NCBI GenBank assembly: GCA_965225855.1
Contig: CBDDCK010000005.1
Coordinates: 608,001-672,000 of the forward strand
Source of the DNA: Spirochaetia bacterium
Lineage (GTDB): Bacteria; Spirochaetota; Spirochaetia; SP-2023
Direction: 5' to 3'
Length of the DNA: 64,000 bases
Shown here: piece after piece, positions 1 through 10,350 of the stretch
Position numbering within the stretch: the stretch's first letter is position 1
How the letters are laid out: every line of letters starts with the position of its first letter
Notes under the pieces: model-generated
What the model saw: the letters and a program-made list of their open reading frames with translations, nothing else
Databases searched by the model: none
What the model was told of the DNA's origin: nothing
Program-made: the position numbers and the translations under genes

Positions 1-2
1 TG

Positions 3-479
3 AAAGCTTTACGCATGACTTTGAAACCTGCATTTTTGGGTTTTGTGACAAGGACAAGTATGGCAACCATTCCCACTGCTATTGATAGTTTAAGGAAAGA
101 AATAAACATGGACGGAGGTTTGGCAAAACTTTTAGTCTCGTTATTTTTTGTATTGTTTCGTTATGGCAACCTTATCTACTTTTCAGTCGTTACTGTTTTT
201 TCGCTTCAAATATACCAGATTGATTTCGGGATAACTGAGATGATTGTCTTAATTTTAGGTTTAATCTTTGCCAGTATTGCAACAGCAGGTGCTTCCGGTT
301 TTGCCACTTTAAACGTAATTTCTATTGCTTTCATGCCTCTAGGTATACCTATAGAAACAATTTTGATTATTTTATATGCAATTGATCCAGTTATCGATCC
401 AATGAGAACGATGTTAATTGTACATACCAATGTATCTGTTGTTGGTTTTATTGGAGGAGAAAGAAATCGCAAATTGTAG
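3..479 (+). CDS. Dicarboxylate/amino acid:cation symporter (DAACS/GltP-like), C-terminal part; 5' end outside window
   Basis: Hydrophobic ORF open from the window edge, with family-like motifs FVTRTSMATIP, ASIATAG and AIDPVIDPMRT. Confidence 0.75.
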   Translation, partial: KALRMTLKPAFLGFVTRTSMATIPTAIDSLRKEINMDGGLAKLLVSLFFVLFRYGNLIYFSVVTVFSLQIYQIDFGITEMIVLILGLIFASIATAGASGFATLNVISIAFMPLGIPIETILIILYAIDPVIDPMRTMLIVHTNVSVVGFIGGERNRKL

Positions 480-611
480 TCTTCAAGTGCATCACCAAAA
501 GTATATCTCTTAAAACAGAAAGTAATCATGCTGAAATACAGAGTATAGTAGTTTATCGTATCTCAGCATGATTTTAACAAACAATTTTAACAAACAAATT
601 GGGGAAATTTC

Positions 612-2912
612 ATGACTTTTGAAGAAAAATTTAGCCTCCTCTATTTATCTGATGTAGAAAAACAAGACATGTTCAAAAAGCAACAGAAGAATATATCAGA
701 TTCATCTATATCTCTTAGCTTTTTTTTGCTCTTGTGTAACGTATTTTTACTGTTGTGTTTTTTTTTAGCCGTATTATATTTGCTTAGTTTACAAAATAAT
801 ACGACGACTTTACGCTCTAATTTACAAATACAAGGTGATGTTTTGCGCCAAGTAAATCAGCGTATATCTTCATATTTTGATAATGCATCAAAGCATTTGA
901 TGTTTTTTTATAATCTTTTATCACAGCAATTTTTTGGAACATCTGAACTTGAAGAAGATGTTTTTTTTAGCTTTGGTGAGAATTTCCTCAAGATAGAATC
1001 CGAAATAAACGCCATTTATTTTGGGAATGACAAAGGAGACTTTTACATGGTAAAACGAATAATTGATGGGGGTGGGCAAAAAATCGGCCGTAAAAAAGTT
1101 ATTAATGACGGGGGAAAAATAATAGAGAGTTGGTCTTTTTCTGATGGGGCAAAAATGGTCTATTATCCTGAATTTTTGGTAAATTCTCTTGATGATGGTT
1201 ACGATCCTAGAACCAGAGATTGGTATAAAAATGCACAAGATACAGAAAATGCCTGGTATGGTCCGTATCCTTCTTTTACCGATGAAACAGTGGGTATGAC
1301 GGGTTCTGTAAAACTATCCTACCCAGGAGGAATAACAGGTGTTGTGGGCATTGATATCGATATCAATAGATTGAGTTATTTTTTGAAAAAACTACCTTTT
1401 GCAAAAACAGGCTCAATAGTTATCAAAAATCCTAAAGGGGAATTAATTGCTATCAGCGATAGGACTAATAAAAATTATAGTCTCACTCAAATTAAATTTG
1501 ATGTTGCTAGTAACACTCAATTTGTCGCACTTCAAGGAGTCTCGGAGTTGGATAGTAGCCCAGAAATGAAACTGTTCTCCAAAAAAATATTATCCTTAAC
1601 TTCTAAGGAGCTTGAGAGTTTTTCTACTTGGAAACAGAACTTCCTCGATAAATTATTGACAATATTTTTTCCTCGCAGTTCTAAAAGTTTAAATATCCGC
1701 AATATTTTGCTTCAGGGAATTATCTATGGTGATATTTTCTTAAACGAAAAAGAATATTTATTCACATATCAACCACTTAAATTGTTTGGTGACGACATTA
1801 CCTGGCAAGCTTATACGCTCACAGATGCTTTGAGTATTAGTAATTCTTTAGAGCATTTAAGTAAAATTATTACTTATATATTTATATTTTTTATGTTGTT
1901 TATTATTGTGGTACTACAAAATGTATCCCGAACAATCACAATTCCTTTAAGTTTACTTTCTCAAATGATGAATAATTTCAGTAAAAGACTGGCTTTAGAT
2001 GTGAGTTTTAAAAATAGCTCTATAGTGAAAATCAGTGAAATAGAGAACATTGGTAGTGTATATAATAACCTACAAAATGGTTTCCGTTCATTTAAAAAAT
2101 TTGTGCCCGATGTTGTTGTCCGTCGCTCTATGAGTAATGAGCCTTTGGATAATGGTATGGATAAAAGAAATATATGTATCTTATTTTCAGATATTGAAGG
2201 GTTTACCTCTATTTCGGAACGGACAAATCCTGAAGTTTTATGTCAATGTTTGGATATTTATTTTTCAATGATGACCGAGCAGATTGGATTCAACAATGGT
2301 CTGATCGATAAATTTATTGGTGATGCCATTATGGCGTTATTTGGAGCCTTAGGAGATCCACAAGATGATCGTATTATTGTTCAAAATGCCATTACTGCGG
2401 CTCTTGGAATGCAGAGGAAAATGATAGAAATTGACAAAAAAATTCAAGAAATTGATTCTGGAATATCTATACGTACTCGGGTTGGTATCAGTATGGGAGA
2501 GTCCATGGTAGGTATTATGGGCTCAAAAGAACGTTTAAATTTTACTGCTTTGGGTGATCGCGTTAATTTAGCAAGTCGACTAGAGGCTATTAACAAAGAA
2601 TATGGTACTACTCTTATAGTTTCAGAAAAAAGCAAATTACTAACCGAAGATATATTTTTCTTTCGCTACTTAGGTTGTATCCGTGTTCGTGGCAAAATAG
2701 AAGCTGAAAAAATTTATGAACCTATAGGGTTATTAGATGAAATATCTGAAAATGAAAAGAATTACTATATAAATTTTGGTAATCTACAATCAATTTTAGA
2801 AAAAGATAGTTCGGAGCAATCCCGTAGTAAGGCTGTTAAGCTCATGTCAGAACATTTTTCTAATATATCTGACCCTGCCTTTGAAAGGATTTTGAAAAAA
2901 TATGGCTTCTGA
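612..2912 (+). CDS. Membrane-bound class III adenylate/guanylate cyclase with extracytoplasmic Cache-like sensor domain
   Basis: Two TM segments; Cache motif YDPRTRDWY...GVVGIDI; cyclase motifs LFSDIEGFT, DKFIGDAIMALFG, FTALGDRVNLASRLE. Confidence 0.9.
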   Translation: MTFEEKFSLLYLSDVEKQDMFKKQQKNISDSSISLSFFLLLCNVFLLLCFFLAVLYLLSLQNNTTTLRSNLQIQGDVLRQVNQRISSYFDNASKHLMFFYNLLSQQFFGTSELEEDVFFSFGENFLKIESEINAIYFGNDKGDFYMVKRIIDGGGQKIGRKKVINDGGKIIESWSFSDGAKMVYYPEFLVNSLDDGYDPRTRDWYKNAQDTENAWYGPYPSFTDETVGMTGSVKLSYPGGITGVVGIDIDINRLSYFLKKLPFAKTGSIVIKNPKGELIAISDRTNKNYSLTQIKFDVASNTQFVALQGVSELDSSPEMKLFSKKILSLTSKELESFSTWKQNFLDKLLTIFFPRSSKSLNIRNILLQGIIYGDIFLNEKEYLFTYQPLKLFGDDITWQAYTLTDALSISNSLEHLSKIITYIFIFFMLFIIVVLQNVSRTITIPLSLLSQMMNNFSKRLALDVSFKNSSIVKISEIENIGSVYNNLQNGFRSFKKFVPDVVVRRSMSNEPLDNGMDKRNICILFSDIEGFTSISERTNPEVLCQCLDIYFSMMTEQIGFNNGLIDKFIGDAIMALFGALGDPQDDRIIVQNAITAALGMQRKMIEIDKKIQEIDSGISIRTRVGISMGESMVGIMGSKERLNFTALGDRVNLASRLEAINKEYGTTLIVSEKSKLLTEDIFFFRYLGCIRVRGKIEAEKIYEPIGLLDEISENEKNYYINFGNLQSILEKDSSEQSRSKAVKLMSEHFSNISDPAFERILKKYGF

Positions 2913-3666
2913 ACATAATAATAATGGCAAAAATATTATCGGTATAGTAGGTGGAATTGGGCCAGAAGCCGGTGTATATCTCCATAACAAGATTGTAAAG
3001 TTGACCAAGGCAAAAAAAGATCAAGAACATTTTTCAATTATTCATATGGCCTATCCGCATGAAATTGTCGATCGTAGTAGTTACTTGCTCGATCCCCAAA
3101 ATTATACCAACCCTGGGATTGCTGTTTATAATATCATTGAAAGATTGTACAGAAGTGGTGCGCAAGTAATTGGTGTGCCATGTAATACCTGCCATGCCCG
3201 TCCTATTCTTGACTTGGTGGAAACCAAGGTTCGTGAGAATCTACATTCAAAAATTACTTTGTTAAATATGATTTACGAAGTTTACAAAGAAGCGGTAAAA
3301 AAATACAAAAAAGTAGGATTATTAGCCACTTTGGGAACGTATAGCTCACAATTGTACCAAGAGATTTTTCCATCACAAATAGAAATTTTACATCCTATTA
3401 GCCAGCAACGCTGCCAACGTGTTCATCAAGCTATTTATGATCCTAAACTAGGTATCAAAGCAAACGCTGGCTTGTTAAAGAACGATTTTGCACAAACCAT
3501 TTTCATCGAAGAAATAGATTCTATGGTAGAAAATGGGGCAGAAGCAATTATTATGGGATGTACCGAAATTCCAATAGTTCTGCAACAATCCGATGTGTCT
3601 GTGCCATTGTTCGATCCGACAGCTATACTTGCCCAGTCATTGATTGATTGGGCAAAAAAAAAATAA
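2902..3666 (+). CDS. Aspartate/glutamate (amino-acid) racemase
   Basis: IGIVGGIGP, catalytic PCNT and GCTEIP motifs; overlaps the cyclase stop codon. Confidence 0.9.
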   Translation: MASEHNNNGKNIIGIVGGIGPEAGVYLHNKIVKLTKAKKDQEHFSIIHMAYPHEIVDRSSYLLDPQNYTNPGIAVYNIIERLYRSGAQVIGVPCNTCHARPILDLVETKVRENLHSKITLLNMIYEVYKEAVKKYKKVGLLATLGTYSSQLYQEIFPSQIEILHPISQQRCQRVHQAIYDPKLGIKANAGLLKNDFAQTIFIEEIDSMVENGAEAIIMGCTEIPIVLQQSDVSVPLFDPTAILAQSLIDWAKKK

Positions 3667-3681
3667 AGAATAAAGAAATTT

Positions 3682-4197
3682 TCAATTTACAAGTAATTTT
3701 AAGAAAAACTTCTTGGCCATTTTTTTTGCGGATATTTCCTCGCTGGCACTGCTCACGGCATCGAAATTTTGCCCAATCATAGATTTCAACACAGGGGGAA
3801 CTGTTTCTTCTTTTAATAACCAGAGTCCTAGATGAATTTTTTGTTTTTTCAGCAAAGGTTTTATATTTTTTAATCGATTTTCCAGCGCAAGATTATAATC
3901 TCTTTTATATAGGATCAATGCCAGAGCATCTCCTGGCAACAATGACTTTAATAAATTTTCTAAAGCCTCAGACTGAAATCTTGGCAACGTATTAGAAACC
4001 AGTTTTGTTCGTTCTTTTCGGGTATATTTCCCTGCTGCTGTTTTTAGATGAAAGGAAGTACTCCACTGCATTTCACCGACATACAAATAAAGAGTTTGGC
4101 CAGTCAATTGGGTGAAACAACTGATAAAGATGAACCAGGTAAAAAAGATGCTCAATCGAGAAGACTTTAATTCAAAGCTGTATTTTTTGGGTAACAC
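3682..4197 (-). CDS. Hypothetical protein
   Basis: 171-aa ORF with GGAGG RBS upstream and an N-terminal hydrophobic stretch. Confidence 0.5.
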   Translation of the reverse strand: MLPKKYSFELKSSRLSIFFTWFIFISCFTQLTGQTLYLYVGEMQWSTSFHLKTAAGKYTRKERTKLVSNTLPRFQSEALENLLKSLLPGDALALILYKRDYNLALENRLKNIKPLLKKQKIHLGLWLLKEETVPPVLKSMIGQNFDAVSSASEEISAKKMAKKFFLKLLVN

Positions 4198-4681
4198 TAT
4201 TCAACCTCCACTGTAAATTTTAATGAAATTTATTTGATAGCCTGGAAAAGATTATATGAAACAATCATCTAAGTTTTGTGTGTAAGTGTGCAACGAGCAT
4301 AGCAAAAACACAAAAAAACACAAACGTTTCGTAAGCCAAATTTAGGTAAATTATTTACTATTTTGTTCATGGTGAAAATATTGCCCAAGCGCGATAAATA
4401 TGCGGCTGTTTATACCAAAATATTAAAAATACCATCAATTTATTTTAGCAAGATTTGCAAGAAAATAGTCGAGATAAGTATTAGCGAATCCTAACAAGAA
4501 GAGAGTTTTGAGGTAGATCAATATTATTGAGCAGGGCGTAGGATGCGAGGTAAAAAGACTGGGCGCAGCGGGCAAGACGCGGGCATTGGGTTTGCTAAAA
4601 GAGAAGAAAAAATTCATATAAAATATTGCGATAAACTATAGTAAGGCAGAACTGCCTTCGATATTCGTTATGAAACGATAT

Positions 4682-6406
4682 TTATCTCACCAGAAAAAAT
4701 TGACGATTTAGGTAATTTAAGCGTTCAGAGGCTTTCTGACTATATTCATCGACAGAATGATTGATCTGTATGTTGTTGTACGAATCTTTTGCTTTGCGCA
4801 GGTTTTGATGTTCGCCCGGCTGTTCATAGAACAACCCCATACTGTAGAGAATTTCCGGTTCATTCTGATCCGAATAAGAATTTACATAAGTTTCGTAAAA
4901 ATCTAAAAGATGGGCAGCATTTTTACTGTCTGTAAAAATAACAGCTGTTTGTGCCGTGTTGGGGCTTTTTTTGAACAGAGTAGTAAATATGTTGGCAAAA
5001 TCTTCAGAACCAATTTGCCTTTCTTGTAGCGGTTGGTTTTGTTCATTTTTCGCTTGCTCTAAAAATTGCGGTAGCCATTCCAACAATTTTTTAGAATCAA
5101 ATGAATTAGAAAGTGCTTTGGTTATACCTACTAGAGCTTTGCTTTGTAAATAACCTTCAATATTTGCGTTGCGCTGCCACATATTTACGGCTTGCTCGTT
5201 CATGCCGGCATCAAAAAAATATTGAGCAGCCGTATCATAAATTTCACCACGCTCACGCTCAGGCCAACTACTTAGGGTTTGATAAGCTGCATCGAATTCT
5301 CCATCTTCAAGCATCTGCCGTATATCGGAAATTACTTGGCTGGTAATACGGTAATTAATATCTTTGTCAATATTTGATATCTTTGATAAATTATTTTTTG
5401 TTAAACTACTTGGGCTGGCATTGTTGCCCAGTTGGCTGCTTGAAACATTTGGGCTTAAAGTATTATTTTTTATAATGGGTGCTGCAACCATATTTTGATA
5501 ATTGCTGCGAGAGTCTTGGCCTTGAATTTGATACTGGAGGGCCGGTTTTTCTACGATGATTTCGGCATTGTAGTATTCCAATTTGCCTGTGCTGGGAAAC
5601 TGCCGTGAGAATGTAAGAAAATAACGGCCAACAGCAGGAAATTCGAAGCGAAAAGATGTTTTCAAATTGCCTAATTCTCGTTCAAATTCAGGCTTGCGTG
5701 GATATTCGCTAAGCCCTGGTATGTAAGTCCAAATTAAGCCATGCAAAGAAACGTGGAAAGATTCACCAAAAGGGATTGTTTTGGAAACATTGGTTTGTTT
5801 ATTTGGGGTGCCACGTTGCACCGTATTATTCAAAGTGTTTAGCGATTGCGCCTTTGCTAATGTTTGAGATTTTTGGGTCTTGGCGTTTTTTGCAGAAGAG
5901 ATATTTTTCTTTTCTGTTCTTTGTGATTTTTTTGCCGGTGGTGTTCTTTTGGGGGTTGTTTTTTGAGTTGGTATGGTAGGAGTTAATCTACGTGGCGCAA
6001 ATTTTAACGTTCTATCAGCTTCAGCAGTGTTATTGTTATTGTTGCGGTTTGCTTGGTTTGTTTTTGCTAGTGTTGGAGGTTCTTGAGGTTTGGAGATAGC
6101 GGCTTTTGTTTGTTGTTGGCTTTGTTGCTCTATTGGTTTTGCCGCTGTTTCATTATTTGACTTTGTATTCAACTGTAAAGGTGTTGCAGAAAGTTGGCGA
6201 ACCGCTTCGAATTGTTGCTGAATGTCATCTTGTGAAAAACCATTTATGCCAAGCCCGGGAATGCTTTTATCTAACTTTGTGTTGTCCTCTTGATTATTCT
6301 GGGCATTCAATAGCCAGGCAAAATCCAGATACAGAGCAAAAATAAACAGACAGAAATAAAAAAGCGGGGAGAGTTTAGTTCCCGTAAGAATTATCAATAT
6401 TTTCAT
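4682..6406 (-). CDS. Hypothetical exported protein with low-complexity K/N/Q/T linker and TPR-like C-terminus
   Basis: 574-aa ORF with signal-like N-terminus and TPR-like helices (EPEILYSMGLFYE...LRKAKDSY). Confidence 0.65.
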   Translation of the reverse strand: MKILIILTGTKLSPLFYFCLFIFALYLDFAWLLNAQNNQEDNTKLDKSIPGLGINGFSQDDIQQQFEAVRQLSATPLQLNTKSNNETAAKPIEQQSQQQTKAAISKPQEPPTLAKTNQANRNNNNNTAEADRTLKFAPRRLTPTIPTQKTTPKRTPPAKKSQRTEKKNISSAKNAKTQKSQTLAKAQSLNTLNNTVQRGTPNKQTNVSKTIPFGESFHVSLHGLIWTYIPGLSEYPRKPEFERELGNLKTSFRFEFPAVGRYFLTFSRQFPSTGKLEYYNAEIIVEKPALQYQIQGQDSRSNYQNMVAAPIIKNNTLSPNVSSSQLGNNASPSSLTKNNLSKISNIDKDINYRITSQVISDIRQMLEDGEFDAAYQTLSSWPERERGEIYDTAAQYFFDAGMNEQAVNMWQRNANIEGYLQSKALVGITKALSNSFDSKKLLEWLPQFLEQAKNEQNQPLQERQIGSEDFANIFTTLFKKSPNTAQTAVIFTDSKNAAHLLDFYETYVNSYSDQNEPEILYSMGLFYEQPGEHQNLRKAKDSYNNIQINHSVDEYSQKASERLNYLNRQFFLVR

Positions 6407-6438
6407 GAATCGTTATTTTACTGAAGAAAAAATTTTTG

Positions 6439-6861
6439 TTAAGGTAAATTTTGGAGTTGCTGTTTTAACCGTTCCCGATTTTCTTGACGTAATTCTTTAA
6501 GTGTTTTCTGGTCAGTATGATCCCAATATTTATTTAACTCATCGGTGTCCCATTTGTTTTTTGGTTTACGCAAAGGGTAGAGTTTTTTCATTTGAAAAAT
6601 TCCATCATTTTGCAAGATAAAGTCTTCAATGTTGGGGTTAAAAATTGGATTTTGCCCTTCAATGTAGTATTTACCTTGTTGGATTTCTTTATTGAGTTCA
6701 ATCGTCTCTTGAATCATGGGTAACACTTTACTTGCTACAATAATGATTGTGGTTATAACAATAGCTATAGTATACCATAGTATAAATTTCAATGTAATAG
6801 GGTTTTCGCGTTTGACAATGTTTCGCAAAGATTGCCAGAGCTCGAGGAGCTTCATATTCAA
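6439..6861 (-). CDS. Hypothetical membrane-anchored protein
   Basis: 140-aa ORF, single TM helix, GAGG RBS. Confidence 0.6.
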   Translation of the reverse strand: MNMKLLELWQSLRNIVKRENPITLKFILWYTIAIVITTIIIVASKVLPMIQETIELNKEIQQGKYYIEGQNPIFNPNIEDFILQNDGIFQMKKLYPLRKPKNKWDTDELNKYWDHTDQKTLKELRQENRERLKQQLQNLP

Positions 6862-6952
6862 TTTCCTCTTGTTTAGGGACTAAAAGGCCATATTATTGTG
6901 TATAACTTATATTTGGGCAAGTCTTAAAAGCTATGGTTTGAGAGTAGTTTAT

Positions 6953-8728
6953 TTAGGGCTTCGGTAGGGAATGCTGGATTTCTTTGCTATTGCGTTGGAT
7001 TTTATGAACATACCAAGCTTGTTTTTTTTCACGATAAATTAAAGTAATTTTATCGGTGTTTTTTTTATGCAAAGGTTGGTTGGCTTCAAATTCCGCTTTC
7101 AATGTTGCGGGGAGGCTTGGGTTATTTTGCTGTGCTGTTTCATTGGCTAAGGTGCCGGGAAACCAAATATCATAATGTATAGTAAAGTTGAGCTGGGCCC
7201 CATCGCTTAGGTTGTTAATTTCTAAAGGGGGATCCAAAGCAAGTTTCGTTATATCATCGGAGGGAAAATTTTTTTCGATTATCATATGGCTGATGCCGTA
7301 AGGTACAAAATTTAGGCTTAGGGCAGGAATAGGGCTGCCTTCTTGTGTGGAAAGTTGTTCTTTTGTCAGCCAATTTCTGGCGGGAAGCAGTGCATCGCGC
7401 CCTTCATAGGCTCTTCGTGCTTGAATATTGACAAAGAGCATAGTTAGCATGTTTGCGTCTGTTTGGATTGTGTCGTCTCTCCCATAACTTAGTTGGCTGT
7501 GCAATTGTGGCTGAAGTTGGTCTATGGCTTGGTAGTAAAGCTCTACGGTTTGATAGGCACTGATATTGCGGTGTTCGGGCGGACTAAGGGCCCGCTTCAA
7601 TGGGGTGTAAACCAGCGTACCAAGCATAAGCAGCAATACAGCACAAAGTAGTAGTGAATTGCGTTTTTTGCGCCAGAAATGTTGGCGTTTGTAGCTTTGT
7701 TGGCGTTTGTGTAATTCACTAGCTAGTTCTGATGCGGCTTGTTGCCGTTGGGCGTTTGTACATTTGCGCCACAAAGAATATGGTTCTTCAGTGGAAGAGC
7801 TGACCGAATAATTTTTTATAGTCTGTTGCCAATGGTTTAAATCTAGCATATTGTTTTTTTCATGTTTTCCATGTTTTCTCTGGGGGGCGCACAATGTGTC
7901 TTGCAATAATTCAGCCCACAAATTATTGAGCTCTGGCTTGAATAATTGGGCTTTTATGTAAGGGGTGTTGTGCATGGATTGTACTGTGTCATGCAGGTGT
8001 TCTTCATGATCTTGTTGAGGAATATTTTGTGTTGCAAATGGCTGCGTGCCCGATAGTCTGTTAAATAACAAGACTGCAAGGGCATAGGCCCAACGCTGAC
8101 TGTTGTTGGGGGGCTTATCTTTATTTTCAATAGAATTTTGAATGCTCGGTAGTTGATAGGGAATAATCTGCTGCAACCTATTTTCTACTGGGCAACGCTC
8201 GGCAACAAAATGGGTTAGCTCTGGTGGCAACAATAAAAATTGGTACATATCATCCGTTTGGTTTTGTTGGTATAAAAGACTATCCCAGATGATACTTTGT
8301 TGTTGGTAGCCCAGTTGTTGATATTTTTGGCACAAGGTTTTCAGAAAGCTAAGCAATGCAATTAGAAAATTTGTTTGTAAAAATTCAGAATTACTCAATT
8401 GGCTTACGGGTTTGCCATAAAAATTTTGTTTGTTTCCAATAGTTGTTCCGGTAAGTTCAGGGAAAAATTTACTGGGAAATTGAGGGGTAGAGCCCAGAGC
8501 ATAATAGGTATTTTGGCGGTTGATAAAACAATCAAAATGCCATTCTTGTAGTTGCCATTGATATTTTTGTTTAGCTTGTGTACTTTCCGTCCCGCCCCAA
8601 AAGCCGGGGATAGGCACTAGGCTGTTGCTACGCAACATACGCGTCCATGATTGGGTTTCGCCTAGCTGTAGTTCTAATTGATTTTCTGTGTTGTAATTAA
8701 TAAAAAATAATGTTTTTGATTCTATCAT
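6953..8728 (-). CDS. Hypothetical membrane protein (central TM helix)
   Basis: 591-aa ORF immediately downstream of aroC. Confidence 0.65.
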   Translation of the reverse strand: MIESKTLFFINYNTENQLELQLGETQSWTRMLRSNSLVPIPGFWGGTESTQAKQKYQWQLQEWHFDCFINRQNTYYALGSTPQFPSKFFPELTGTTIGNKQNFYGKPVSQLSNSEFLQTNFLIALLSFLKTLCQKYQQLGYQQQSIIWDSLLYQQNQTDDMYQFLLLPPELTHFVAERCPVENRLQQIIPYQLPSIQNSIENKDKPPNNSQRWAYALAVLLFNRLSGTQPFATQNIPQQDHEEHLHDTVQSMHNTPYIKAQLFKPELNNLWAELLQDTLCAPQRKHGKHEKNNMLDLNHWQQTIKNYSVSSSTEEPYSLWRKCTNAQRQQAASELASELHKRQQSYKRQHFWRKKRNSLLLCAVLLLMLGTLVYTPLKRALSPPEHRNISAYQTVELYYQAIDQLQPQLHSQLSYGRDDTIQTDANMLTMLFVNIQARRAYEGRDALLPARNWLTKEQLSTQEGSPIPALSLNFVPYGISHMIIEKNFPSDDITKLALDPPLEINNLSDGAQLNFTIHYDIWFPGTLANETAQQNNPSLPATLKAEFEANQPLHKKNTDKITLIYREKKQAWYVHKIQRNSKEIQHSLPKP

Positions 8729-8737
8729 TGCTTTATA

Positions 8738-9940
8738 TTAGCTTTCGTTCTTTGGGAGCTTAAATTGTGGCGTGGCTATCTGAAAAGGGAAATCTTTTTG
8801 GGGAAAGTCTGACACACGGGTACTGGCTTGGCGCAGATAATGGTCGGCTAATACTAGAGCACTCATTGCTTCCACAACGGGGATGATGCGTGGGCAGATA
8901 ATCGGATCGTGCCGGCCTTCTACTACTAACTCTATTTGTTGTTGCTCTCGGCTAATTGTCTTTTGTGGTATGGATATAGAAGAAGTTGGTTTTACAGAAA
9001 TGCGAAAGAAAATAGGGGCTCCTGTGGAAATGCCACCAATAACTCCCCCAGCATGATTACTTTGGAAATTTACCTGGACTTGGCTTGAGCCTTTGTTTGA
9101 AGTTTCGCTTGGTAGGATACTATCATTGTGTTGACTGCCTAGCATTCGGGCAGCTTCAAAACCTGAACCGATGGCAAAGCCTTTGACCGCTCCAATAGAA
9201 AGCATAGCTTTGGCTAGGTCGGCATCTAGTTTATCAAATACGGGTTCACCCCAACCTGCTGGCACGCCGGTAATACGGCAAGCTACAATGCCTCCAGCAC
9301 TATCTTTGCGCTCTGCTATTGTGCGAATCTGCTGTTCCATCTTTTGTGCCGCTTGTAAATCACAGGTGCGGAGAGGGTTTTGCTCAATTACAGTTGGGTC
9401 GAAATTTCGGGCTTTAATACCCGCTGCTTCTTCGGTATAAGCTATAATCTTAATTCCTAAGCAAGAGAGCATTTTCAAGGCAATGGCTCCAGCGGCTACA
9501 CGTGCAGAAGTCTCGCGCCCAGAAGCACGGCCGCTACCCCGCCAGTCGCGAAAGCCGTACTTAGAATCATAACTCCAGTCGGCATGGCCTGGGCGGTAAG
9601 AGTTTTTAATATTATCGTAATCTTTAGAACGTGTGTCTTGATTATATAGCACCATACCGATGCTCGTGCCCGTGGTATAGCCTTCAAAAAGCCCAGAGAG
9701 GATATGAATGCGGTCGGCTTCTGTGCGTGGTGTGCTAAATTCACTTTGGCCCGGTTTACGGCGGTTTAATTGCAACTGTATTTCTTGTTCACTGATAGGG
9801 ACAGCAGGCGGCATGCCATCTACAATAACCCCAACGCCGCCACCGTGGGATTCTCCAAAGGTGCTGATGCGCAGCACGCAGCCAAAACTACTACCCGCCA
9901 TGTTTGATGTTCCTTGTTCTTTTATTTTGGGATACTGCAT
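8738..9940 (-). CDS. aroC: Chorismate synthase
   Basis: TFGESHG, RPGHAD, GRASGRET and GRHDPII motifs; true start may be the MAGSSFG Met. Confidence 0.97.
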   Translation of the reverse strand: MQYPKIKEQGTSNMAGSSFGCVLRISTFGESHGGGVGVIVDGMPPAVPISEQEIQLQLNRRKPGQSEFSTPRTEADRIHILSGLFEGYTTGTSIGMVLYNQDTRSKDYDNIKNSYRPGHADWSYDSKYGFRDWRGSGRASGRETSARVAAGAIALKMLSCLGIKIIAYTEEAAGIKARNFDPTVIEQNPLRTCDLQAAQKMEQQIRTIAERKDSAGGIVACRITGVPAGWGEPVFDKLDADLAKAMLSIGAVKGFAIGSGFEAARMLGSQHNDSILPSETSNKGSSQVQVNFQSNHAGGVIGGISTGAPIFFRISVKPTSSISIPQKTISREQQQIELVVEGRHDPIICPRIIPVVEAMSALVLADHYLRQASTRVSDFPQKDFPFQIATPQFKLPKNES

Positions 9941-10009
9941 TCAGTGTTTACATTTTTCAGTAACAAAATTTCATTCAGTGTTTACATTTTTCAGTAACAA
10001 AATTTCATT
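9938..10009. repeat. 34-bp perfect tandem duplication spanning the aroC upstream start codon
   Basis: cattcagtgtttacatttttcagtaacaaaattt x2 followed by catt. Confidence 0.9.
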
Positions 10010-10350
10010 AAGTATAGTTGCTAAGTCTGGTGATTATAGAAAATCTATTATTCTATTCAATAAAGTTTGTTTGATTTCTAATAGCTAAAATTTTGGTTAA
10101 AGTGCAGTAAAAAAACAAAGATTGTTTATTTTTGCCAAACCCCACAAATTATAGGAATAAAGTTTCTTGTTCGTTATTAAAAGACTCTCTTAATTTTTAG
10201 GGCCATATAATAGCCATAATAATTATGGTCCTAGCCATTGTCATAAGCCTTGTCAAATAAATGTAAATTTGCTATCAATTGGCCCCTTCCAATTTTTAGC
10301 TGTTGGCAGAACCCGGCAGCTAAAACCAAGCTCGATGTTGAGGACTTATC

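Noticed and set aside
4200..4680. Intergenic purine-rich stretch or 60-aa ORF as an ncRNA or gene
   Set aside because: No recognisable RNA family, structure or protein motif
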